Assembly: GCA_017543265.1 (NCBI GenBank)
Contig: JAFYGI010000053.1
Location: 12,516-44,515, forward strand
Source of the DNA: Bacillota bacterium
Lineage (GTDB): Bacteria > Bacillota > Clostridia > Lachnospirales > CAG-274
Length of the DNA stretch: 32,000 nt
Direction: 5' to 3'
Shown here piece by piece: positions 1-7,413 of this stretch. The notes beneath the pieces are model-generated. The model had not been told where the DNA came from and did not search any database. It was given only the letters and a program-made list of their open reading frames with translations. The translations under genes were made by a program, and so were the position numbers. Position 1 is the stretch's first letter, and every line of letters begins with the position of its first letter.

Positions 1-576
1 CTCGGCACCGCCCGCAAGACCCGTCCAGAGTGCGATATGTCCCGCATCCCTGCCCATTACCTCAACTACCGAGCATCTCTCGTGTGAGCAGGATGTGTCG
101 CGTATTTTGTTTATCGCATCAAGGGAGGTATTTACCGCCGTATCAAAGCCGACCGTATACTCCGTGCAGTCCAGGTCAAGGTCTATCGTGCCCGGTATGC
201 CCATGATATTGATGCCGTGCTTCGACAGGTCGAGACCGCCCGCAAGCGAGCCGTTGCCGCCGATTATAACAAGTGCATCAAGCTGGAGCACCTTGCACAC
301 CTGCGCCGCCTTTTCCACACCCTCGGGTGTGCGCATTTCGGCGCTTCTTGCCGTATAAAGTATGGTACCGCCGCGGTTCATGATGTTTGAAACGTCCCTG
401 CCGCCAAGCTCGCTGAGCTCGCCGTGCAAAAGACCCTCAAAACCGCGCTGTATGCCCACTACCTTTATGTCGTTGTCGTTTGCTGTCCTTACAACGCTGC
501 GTATGGCCGCATTCATGCCGGGCGCATCGCCGCCGCTTGTAAGTACACCTATTTTTTTGATTTTTGTGTCACTCAT
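1..576 (-). CDS. pfkA: ATP-dependent 6-phosphofructokinase, N-terminal 192 codons (gene continues past the window start)
   Basis: Absent from the ORF track because it is open at the window edge. Reverse-complement translation from ATG 576-574 reads MSDTKIKKIGVLTSGGDAPGMNAAIRSVVR...LVIIGGNGSLAG...MGIPGTIDLD, the classic PfkA motifs. An AGGAAGTG RBS lies upstream. Confidence 0.9.
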   Translation of the reverse strand, partial: MSDTKIKKIGVLTSGGDAPGMNAAIRSVVRTANDNDIKVVGIQRGFEGLLHGELSELGGRDVSNIMNRGGTILYTARSAEMRTPEGVEKAAQVCKVLQLDALVIIGGNGSLAGGLDLSKHGINIMGIPGTIDLDLDCTEYTVGFDTAVNTSLDAINKIRDTSCSHERCSVVEVMGRDAGHIALWTGLAGGAE

Positions 577-620
577 ATCATTACACTTCCTAAAGATATT
601 AATACTTTCTCTAATATTAT

Positions 621-649
621 AGTATAAAAAAAATTAACGCTGTTGTCAA
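621..649 (-). promoter_or_regulatory. Candidate sigma-A promoter of pfkA
   Basis: On the minus strand: TTGACA (649-644), 17-nt spacer, TATACT (626-621), about 45 nt upstream of the pfkA ATG. Confidence 0.5.
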
Positions 650-716
650 TATTTTTTTGCTTTTGAGTTGCCCTGTTTTTTTGTGTGTGTTCCGCAGTTT
701 TTAGAAACCCCTCCGT

Positions 717-769
717 CACGGCTTCGCCGTGCCACCTCCCCCGGAGCTTGCGTTGCAAGCAGGGGGAGG
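717..769. repeat. GC-rich double hairpin (REP-like element) in an AT-rich divergent spacer
   Basis: Hairpin 1 is CACGGC-TTC-GCCGTG (717-731). Hairpin 2 is CCTCCCCC (735-742) pairing with GGGGGAGG (762-769), with a nested GCTTGC-GTT-GCAAGC (746-760). Confidence 0.6.
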
Positions 770-792
770 CAAGAATTAGGTGCTCTCAACAA

Positions 793-900
793 CTCACGCG
801 GCAAAAAAACGCATTTACATCTTTTTTGCACTATAAAAAACCTACCGTAAACAGAACACACGCCAACGCAAAAAAACGGCAAAATTAAAAACATTTTTCT
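793..900 (+). repeat. Copy of a dispersed ~60-nt intergenic repeat, also present at 25689-25836
   Basis: 793-827 (CACGCGGCAAAAAAACGCATTTACATCTT) resembles 25714-25741. 832-864 (TATAAAAAACCTACCGTAAACAGAACACACGCC) resembles 25690-25720. Hand alignment gives roughly 75-85% identity. Confidence 0.55.
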
Positions 901-901
901 G

Positions 902-930
902 TTGAGTTTGAAAATAATATATGATATAAT
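902..930 (+). promoter_or_regulatory. Candidate extended -10 promoter of the glgA operon
   Basis: TTGAGT (902-907), 17-nt spacer, TG-A-TATAAT (922-930). The predicted TSS near 937 would place the ORF-track ATG at 940 at the very 5' end of the leader, with no RBS. Confidence 0.5.
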
Positions 931-975
931 AAAGTTATAATGACGGCGTATAATAAAAAGGAAAGGATGATGACC

Positions 976-2565
976 ATGAAAAAAATATTGTTTGCAGCCT
1001 CCGAATGTGTTCCCTTTATAAAAACGGGCGGTCTGGCGGATGTTGTAGGTGCGCTTCCCAAGGCGTTTGACAAGGACGAATACGATGTAAGGGTCATTAT
1101 CCCCAACTATGCCTGCATACCCGAAAAGTACCAGTCACAGTTTGAATATGTGGGACATTTTTACATGAGTGCGGGCTATATGCTGCAATGGGTATATGTA
1201 GGCGTTATGAAGTACGAGTATGAGGGCATAAAGTATTACTTTATAGACAACAAGACGCATTTCGGCGGCAGTCAGCCCTACGGCAATATCTGCTGGGATA
1301 TAGAAAATTTCTGTTATTTCTGCAAGGCTGTGCTTTCCGTACTGCCAATGATAGACTTTAAACCCGACATTATCCATTGTCACGACTGGCAGACGGGCAT
1401 TATCCCCGTCTATATCAAGACGGAGTTCGCGGGCAGCGAGTTCTACCGCGATATAAAGACGGTCATGACCATACACAACCTGCGCTTCCAGGGCGTGTGG
1501 GACATAGAGTACATCCGCGGCCTTACGGGTCTGCCCGATTACCTGTTCACGCCCGACAAGCTGGAGTTTAATAAGGGTGCCAATATGTTAAAGGGCGGCC
1601 TTGTGTATGCGGATTATATCACCACCGTAAGCAAGACCTACGCGGGCGAGATACAATGGGCATACTACGGCGAGGGTCTTGACGGCCTGCTGCGTGCCCG
1701 CAATCATCAGCTTTACGGTATACTTAACGGTATAGACTACAAAATTTACGACCCGTCAAACGACAAAAAGATATACCAAAACTACGATATAAAGACATCG
1801 GCCGAGGGCAAGGCCGCCAACAAGCGTGCATTGCAGGAGCAGCTCGGTCTGCCCGTTGACGAGCATAAATACATGGTGGGCATAATCTCCCGCCTGACCG
1901 ACCAGAAGGGCTTTGACCTTATAAACTGCGTTATAAACGAGATACTGGCCGAGGACGACATACAGCTTGTGGTCATCGGCACGGGCGAGGAACGCTACGA
2001 GAATATGTTCAAGCACTATGCGTGGGTATATCAGGACAGGGTATCGGCAAACATACTTTACAGCGACGATCTGGCACACAAGCTTTACGCCGCTGCCGAC
2101 AGCCTGCTTATCCCGTCCGCATTTGAGCCCTGCGGCCTTACCCAGCTTATCGCCTTCCGCTACGGCACGCTGCCGATAGTAAGGGAAACGGGCGGCCTGA
2201 AGGACACCGTTATCCCGCTTAACGAGTACGACAACACGGGCGACGGCTTCTCGTTCACCAACTACAACGCACACGATATGCTGCACGTTATAGAATACTC
2301 CAAGGAGATATACTACGAAAAGCCGGGACTGTGGCAGGATATGATAAAGCGCGGTATGCGCAAGGACTACTCATGGAACAGCTCCAAGGAAAAATATATG
2401 AAGCTGTATGACATGATGCTTACCCCGCCGCCCGCTCCCGAACCCGCTCCCGAGCCAACATCCGAGCCTGAGCCCGAACCCCTGCGCGGGGCAATGACCG
2501 AGCCCGAGCCCGAGCCCGAGCAAAAGCCCGACAATACCGATGCCGTAGAGGGTATGCAGATATGA
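976..2565 (+). CDS. glgA: Glycogen (starch) synthase, GT5 family, with an atypical Pro/Glu-rich C-terminal tail
   Basis: MKKILFAASECVPFIKTGGLADVVGALP is the GlgA KTGGL signature, with full-length GT5 similarity. Start moved from 940 to ATG 976 (GGAAAGGA RBS at 958-965). ATG 967 and 970 remain possible. Confidence 0.92.
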   Translation: MKKILFAASECVPFIKTGGLADVVGALPKAFDKDEYDVRVIIPNYACIPEKYQSQFEYVGHFYMSAGYMLQWVYVGVMKYEYEGIKYYFIDNKTHFGGSQPYGNICWDIENFCYFCKAVLSVLPMIDFKPDIIHCHDWQTGIIPVYIKTEFAGSEFYRDIKTVMTIHNLRFQGVWDIEYIRGLTGLPDYLFTPDKLEFNKGANMLKGGLVYADYITTVSKTYAGEIQWAYYGEGLDGLLRARNHQLYGILNGIDYKIYDPSNDKKIYQNYDIKTSAEGKAANKRALQEQLGLPVDEHKYMVGIISRLTDQKGFDLINCVINEILAEDDIQLVVIGTGEERYENMFKHYAWVYQDRVSANILYSDDLAHKLYAAADSLLIPSAFEPCGLTQLIAFRYGTLPIVRETGGLKDTVIPLNEYDNTGDGFSFTNYNAHDMLHVIEYSKEIYYEKPGLWQDMIKRGMRKDYSWNSSKEKYMKLYDMMLTPPPAPEPAPEPTSEPEPEPLRGAMTEPEPEPEQKPDNTDAVEGMQI

Positions 2566-3092
2566 GCGGCAGCTTTATAGGACATTTTTTGACAATAACC
2601 CGTCACAGGCACAAGGTCATAGCACATTGTGCCCGTGCGGGCATACTGTGGCAGGGTCTTTTGCACGACCTGTCGAAATACTCGCCGGAGGAGTTTATCC
2701 CCGGCGTTAAATACTATCAGGGCACACGGTCTCCCAACGAGGGCGAGCGCGAGGCCTACGGCTATTCGCTTGCGTGGATGCACCACAAGGGGTGCAACAA
2801 GCACCATTTTGAATACTGGACGGATTACGACCCCAAAACGCGGCACGTTGAAAGCGTTAAAATGCCGCTGAAATATGTAAAGGAAATGTTTTGCGACCGT
2901 GTGGCGGCCAGCAAGATATACGGCGGCAAAAATTATCACGACGGGTATGCGCTTGAATACTTTTTAAAGGCCAAGGACAGGCGCAAAATACACCCCGAGA
3001 CTTCGGAGCTTATAGAAAGGCTTTTGCGTATGCTTGCCGAGAAGGGCGAGACCGCGGCCTTTTGCTACATAAGAAAGCTGAAGGAATACTGA
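2562..3092 (+). CDS. Conserved hypothetical protein, His-rich HD-like fold (resembles the DUF5662 family from memory)
   Basis: 176-aa ORF whose ATG overlaps the glgA stop (ATGA). Contains HRHK..., LLHDLSKY and WMHHKGCNKHHFEYW motifs. The family assignment is from recollection only. Confidence 0.6.
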   Translation: MSGSFIGHFLTITRHRHKVIAHCARAGILWQGLLHDLSKYSPEEFIPGVKYYQGTRSPNEGEREAYGYSLAWMHHKGCNKHHFEYWTDYDPKTRHVESVKMPLKYVKEMFCDRVAASKIYGGKNYHDGYALEYFLKAKDRRKIHPETSELIERLLRMLAEKGETAAFCYIRKLKEY

Positions 3093-3105
3093 AGGAGGAA
3101 TTACT

Positions 3106-3726
3106 GTGTTCAGCAGACACAACGGCGTACTGGCGGGTATATTTTTTATACTGGCGGGTATCCTGTTTTTATTGAGAAACGTACTGCCCATAAGCTTTGG
3201 CACGATGATAGTGACCATTGCGGGCATTGAACTGCTGATAGCGCATTTTTACAGCAAAAGTCTGCTGGCGCTTATACTGGGCAGCTATTTTACATACTGG
3301 GGAGTGCTGCATATAGTGGAGCTGGATACGATGCTGTATTCCGCGCTGGCGGCAAGTGCCATATTCTTTATCCCCGCAATAATTTTTCTTATCCTTTACC
3401 TTACGCAGAAAAAACGCACTCAGCTGACGTGGCTGTGCCTGTTTTTGCTGCTGGGCACCGACCTGCTGATAAACCGTCTTACGGGCATAGATGCCATAGG
3501 CACGCTGCTTATCTGTGTCGGCATTGCGCTTGTGCTGGATTATCTGCTTGGCGGCACATACGCCTTTACATCGCGCCTGCAGCTGGGTGTTTTTCTTATA
3601 ATAATAGGTATACTTAAAATGGCCGATTGGCGTACATATCTTTTTGCGTATGTACTGCCCGCAGCGCTTATCTGGGTGGGTATTATCCTGCTGATAAAGG
3701 CGGCGGTCAAAGGCGGAGGTAAATGA
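3106..3726 (+). CDS. Polytopic integral membrane protein, unknown function
   Basis: 206 aa, about 6 hydrophobic helices. GTG start 7 nt after AGGAGG (3094-3099). Lies 14 nt after the previous gene. Confidence 0.7.
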   Translation: MFSRHNGVLAGIFFILAGILFLLRNVLPISFGTMIVTIAGIELLIAHFYSKSLLALILGSYFTYWGVLHIVELDTMLYSALAASAIFFIPAIIFLILYLTQKKRTQLTWLCLFLLLGTDLLINRLTGIDAIGTLLICVGIALVLDYLLGGTYAFTSRLQLGVFLIIIGILKMADWRTYLFAYVLPAALIWVGIILLIKAAVKGGGK

Positions 3727-3727
3727 C

Positions 3728-4153
3728 ATGGCTGAAATAGGCAAGGTTATAGAGCTGGAAGGAAACAAGGCCGTTGTTGTGCTGGAGCGCAAGGAGGCCT
3801 GCGCAAAGTGCCGCGCCTGCTCCGCAGGGCTAAAGGCCGAGGAAATGCTTATACGCGCCGAGAATATCTGTGATGCGCGTGTGGGCGACAAGGTGGAGAT
3901 CTCGCTGGAAGAAAGCGATTTTATAAAGGCCGTGCTTATAATGTACGGCTTCCCGTTTGTGATGTTTATGGTCGGCGTGCTCGGCGGGTACTACGGCTGT
4001 ATCGCCGCAGGTGCCGCAAATGCGGAGCTTGTGGGCTTTGTTGCCGGGCTGGTGCTGGTGGCGGTCAGCTACGGCATAATAAAAAGCAGGGAAGAGCATT
4101 GGCGCAGCGGAAATTATATCCCAAAGGCGATAGCGGTAAGAAACGACGCATAG
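3728..4153 (+). CDS. RseC/MucC (SoxR-reducing system) family protein
   Basis: N-terminal beta domain with the Cys cluster CAKCRAC, followed by two TM helices, which is the typical RseC layout. GGAGGT RBS. Starts 1 nt after the previous stop. Confidence 0.75.
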   Translation: MAEIGKVIELEGNKAVVVLERKEACAKCRACSAGLKAEEMLIRAENICDARVGDKVEISLEESDFIKAVLIMYGFPFVMFMVGVLGGYYGCIAAGAANAELVGFVAGLVLVAVSYGIIKSREEHWRSGNYIPKAIAVRNDA

Positions 4154-4188
4154 AGTTTTTTCAAAACAAAGCCGAAAAACCGCTCGCC

Positions 4189-4398
4189 GTATTCGGATAA
4201 ACCGTTGACAATGTAAAAAAAATCCGTTTATGAGTGAGACCCGCTGAATAAGCGGCCTGTACATAATCGGACAAAATCCGAATATGAGTCACCATAAACG
4301 GATAAATCCGAATATGTAGAGCCCGCTGTATAAGCCACTTTCATCCATATTCGGATAAAATAAACATTGTGTTAAAAAAATCCGTTTATGGGACTGAG
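4189..4398. repeat. Array of seven 13-nt motifs (AAATCCGWWTATG or its complement) in both orientations
   Basis: Forward copies at 4220-4232, 4274-4286, 4304-4316 and 4378-4390. Reverse copies (CATAWWCGGATAAA-like) at 4189-4201, 4293-4306 and 4346-4359. A larger ~33-nt direct repeat lies at 4221-4254 versus 4305-4336. Confidence 0.75.
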
Positions 4399-4462
4399 GA
4401 TGAATTGAATGTTGTAAAATCGCAGCCGATATTTCATCGGGTTTTTCTTGTATTTACAAAAT

Positions 4463-4503
4463 AAAAAGGGGCTGATGTACATTTGTACATTGCCCCCTTT
4501 TTT
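4463..4503. terminator. Bidirectional rho-independent terminator (alaS 3' end)
   Basis: AAAAAGGGG...ATGTACA-TT-TGTACAT...CCCCCTTTTTT. The GC-closed stem is flanked by an A-run and a T-run, and lies 5 nt from the alaS stop. Confidence 0.8.
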
Positions 4504-4507
4504 ATGT

Positions 4508-7156
4508 TTATTTCACCGAGCCCTCTACAACGGCCTTTGCCGCTTCAAGTGCTTCCTTTATCTTGCTTGCGTCCTTACCGCCTGCCTGTGCCATATTGGG
4601 ACGGCCGCCGCCGCCACCGCCGCAGACGGTCGCTGCCGCCTTAACGATGTCGCCCGCCTTAGCGCCCTTTTTAACGGCTGCATCGGTACACATAACAACA
4701 AAGCTTACCTTGCTGCCCTCGCCCGAAGCAAGGACAATAACTGCGGGCTCGCTTGAAAGCTTGTCTTTCAACTTATCGCCCATGTTTCTCAGGTCGTTCA
4801 TTTTAAGACCCTTTACATCACCCGCAACAAAGGCAACGCCGTTTATATCGACCTTTGCGCCCAGAATATCGTCGGCAGCGCCGCCTGACATCTTGGCCTT
4901 GAGTGCCTCGACCTCCTTGGCAAGACGCTTGTTCTCGTCCAGTATGGAGGTTATGCGCTGTGCGATATTGCCCTGTGCGGCCTTAACTACCGTTGAAAGC
5001 TCGCGCAGCATTGCATCGCGCTCCTCAAAGTAGTTTAAAGCACCTGTGCCCGTTACGGCCTCTATACGTCTTACGCCTGCCGCAACGCCGCTTTCGGATA
5101 TTATCTTGAATATGCCCGCTTCTGCGGAGTTATGCAGATGAGTACCGCCGCAGAACTCTATCGAGTAGCCGCCGATGTTCACGACCCTTACCGTATCGCC
5201 GTACTTCTCGCCGAAAAGTGCGGTAGCGCCGCTCTTTTTGGCCTCTTCTATGGGCATTTCCTTAACAACTACGTCAAGTGCGTCAAGCAGCTTTTCGTTT
5301 ACCTGCTTTTCGATGTGGTCGAGCATTTCCTTGTCAACGGCCTCAAAATGCGTAAAGTCAAAACGCAGTCTGCCCGCGCTTACATACGAGCCTGCCTGCT
5401 CGATATGGCTGCCGAGATTTTCCCTTAATACCGCCTGCAGGATATGCGTTGCGGTGTGGTTTCTTGCGATAGCCTTTCTGCGCTGAGTATCTATGGCAAG
5501 TGTAACGGTCTCGCCGACGGAGATGTCGCCGCTTACCACTTTGCCCGTGTGTATGAACTTATTGCCGCCGAACTTTGTACAGTCGTCTATCTCTATTGTG
5601 CAGCGGCCGCTCTTTATCGTACCGCGGTCGCCTACCTGACCGCCCATTTCCGCATAGAAGGGGGTCTTGTCAACTATCACGGCTACCTCCGAGCCTGCCG
5701 ACACCTTGTCAACAACGGCATTGCCGCTTACCAGCGCAAGCACCTTGCCGTCAAACTCGTCATGGTCGTAGCCCACAAACTCCGTCGCCATTTCTGCGGG
5801 AAGCTGATGGAAAACCGTTTCCTCGGCACCCATGTAGGTATCGGTCTCACGCGCATCCCTTGCACGGGTACGCTGCTTTTCCATTTCTGCCTTGAATGCG
5901 GCCTCGTCTACCTCGATGCCCTTTTCGGCAAGTATCTCCTGCATAAGGTCAAGCGGGAAGCCGTAGGTGTCGTACAGCTTGAAGCTGTCCGCGCCCTCCA
6001 GCACATTTTTGCCGCCGCTTGCCTGTATCTCGTTCATCTTCTGTGCAAGAAGCGCCATACCCGTATCGAGTGTTTCGTGGAAACGCTCCTCCTCCACGGT
6101 AAGCATCTTCTTGATATAACCACGCTTTTCCTTTAACTCGGGGTAAGCCTCGCCGCTGTTTTCAATAACAACATCGGCAACCTCGGCAATAAACTTTCTG
6201 TCTATGCCAAGCAGCTTGCCGTGACGAACGGCACGTCTTAAAAGGCGGCGCAGAACATAGCCGCGTCCCTCGTTGGAGAACATAACGCCGTCCGATGTCA
6301 TAAAGGTAACGGAACGCACATGGTCGGTAATAACGCGGATGGAAACGTCAAATTTATGCTCCTTGCCGTATTCCTTGCCCGATATCTCGCATACCTTGTC
6401 GCGGATAGCCTTTACCGTGTCAACGTCAAATATGGAGTTTACGCCCTGCATGACTGTGGCAAGTCTTTCAAGACCCATACCCGTATCGATATTGGGGTGG
6501 TCGAGGTTTGAATAGCTGCCGTCGTCCTCCTTGCAGAACTGTGTGAATACAAGGTTCCAGACCTCCATATAGCGGTCGCAGTCACAGCCTACCGTACAGT
6601 CGGGCTTGCCGCAGCCGTATTCGGGTCCCTTGTCGTAATATATCTCGGAGCAGGGGCCGCAGGGACCTACACCGTGCTCCCAGAAGTTGTCTTCCTTGCC
6701 CATGCGGAATATCCTGTCCTCGGCAAGGCCGATCTTGTTGTGCCAGATGTCAAAGGCCTCGTCGTCGTCCTGATATATGGAAACATAAAGCTTGTCTTCG
6801 GGCAGCTTTATTACCTGTGTGAAAAACTCCCATGCCCAGGCGATGGCCTCGTTTTTGAAATAATCACCGAACGAGAAGTTGCCCAGCATCTCAAAAAATG
6901 TGCCGTGACGCGCTGTCTTGCCCACGTTTTCTATATCGCCTGTCCTTATACATTTCTGACAGGTGGTTACACGCTTTCTCGGCGGTACCTGCTGTCCCGT
7001 GAAAAACGGCTTTAACGGTGCCATACCCGAGTTGATAAGCAGCAGACTTTTGTCGTTGTGGGGCACAAGAGAGGCACTGGCCAGCCTTAAATGCTCCTTT
7101 GTCTCAAAAAATGAAAGGTACTTTTCGCGTATCTCGTTTACGCCCATGTACTGCAT
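4508..7156 (-). CDS. alaS: Alanine--tRNA ligase
   Basis: 882 aa. MQYMGVNEIREKYLSFFETKEHLRLASASLVP..., class II core, editing-domain HTATHIL and CGGTH motifs, C-terminal DHHA1 with GGGGGGRPNMAQAGG. Confidence 0.97.
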   Translation of the reverse strand: MQYMGVNEIREKYLSFFETKEHLRLASASLVPHNDKSLLLINSGMAPLKPFFTGQQVPPRKRVTTCQKCIRTGDIENVGKTARHGTFFEMLGNFSFGDYFKNEAIAWAWEFFTQVIKLPEDKLYVSIYQDDDEAFDIWHNKIGLAEDRIFRMGKEDNFWEHGVGPCGPCSEIYYDKGPEYGCGKPDCTVGCDCDRYMEVWNLVFTQFCKEDDGSYSNLDHPNIDTGMGLERLATVMQGVNSIFDVDTVKAIRDKVCEISGKEYGKEHKFDVSIRVITDHVRSVTFMTSDGVMFSNEGRGYVLRRLLRRAVRHGKLLGIDRKFIAEVADVVIENSGEAYPELKEKRGYIKKMLTVEEERFHETLDTGMALLAQKMNEIQASGGKNVLEGADSFKLYDTYGFPLDLMQEILAEKGIEVDEAAFKAEMEKQRTRARDARETDTYMGAEETVFHQLPAEMATEFVGYDHDEFDGKVLALVSGNAVVDKVSAGSEVAVIVDKTPFYAEMGGQVGDRGTIKSGRCTIEIDDCTKFGGNKFIHTGKVVSGDISVGETVTLAIDTQRRKAIARNHTATHILQAVLRENLGSHIEQAGSYVSAGRLRFDFTHFEAVDKEMLDHIEKQVNEKLLDALDVVVKEMPIEEAKKSGATALFGEKYGDTVRVVNIGGYSIEFCGGTHLHNSAEAGIFKIISESGVAAGVRRIEAVTGTGALNYFEERDAMLRELSTVVKAAQGNIAQRITSILDENKRLAKEVEALKAKMSGGAADDILGAKVDINGVAFVAGDVKGLKMNDLRNMGDKLKDKLSSEPAVIVLASGEGSKVSFVVMCTDAAVKKGAKAGDIVKAAATVCGGGGGGRPNMAQAGGKDASKIKEALEAAKAVVEGSVK

Positions 7157-7216
7157 AATAATAACCTCTTCCTTCCGAACGATTTGTTTTGGTATACATT
7201 ATTAATAAACATTTCT

Positions 7217-7245
7217 ATTATATTCAAAAAAACACAAGTTGTCAA
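7217..7245 (-). promoter_or_regulatory. Consensus sigma-A promoter of alaS
   Basis: On the minus strand: TTGACA (7245-7240), exactly 17 nt, TATAAT (7222-7217), about 55 nt upstream of the ATG. Confidence 0.7.
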
Positions 7246-7325
7246 GACGGAGATTTCGTGATGCCGTGGAAATCGACCCACCGCATGAAAATTTACATTA
7301 TTGAATTCTTTTTATATTCTGTTTA

Positions 7326-7354
7326 TTGACAATATCCGACGTTTATTATAAAAT
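7326..7354 (+). promoter_or_regulatory. Candidate promoter of the diguanylate cyclase/SBP operon
   Basis: TTGACA (7326-7331), 17 nt, TAAAAT (7349-7354). Confidence 0.55.
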
Positions 7355-7413
7355 ATAGGTAGAGATATGCACATTGTGCGCATTTGGGCGTGCGTATATG
7401 CAGAGGTGATTAT

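Noticed and set aside
646-894. ORFs 646-894(-), 668-850(+) and 685-888(+) in the pfkA/glgA spacer
   Set aside because: They span the REP-like hairpins and A-rich repeats, and the Arg/Pro/Ser-rich translations are typical of palindromic repeat read-through. They have no RBS and overlap both promoters.
4189-4398. CRISPR array
   Set aside because: The repeats are only about 13 nt, occur in both orientations, are irregularly spaced (18-60 nt) and have no cas genes nearby.
7157-7313. Possible T-box leader or attenuator upstream of alaS
   Set aside because: The consensus promoter leaves only a ~55-nt leader, too short for a T-box (about 200 nt). I found no T-box sequence (AAnnnGGGTGGTACCGCG-like), specifier loop or terminator/antiterminator pair.
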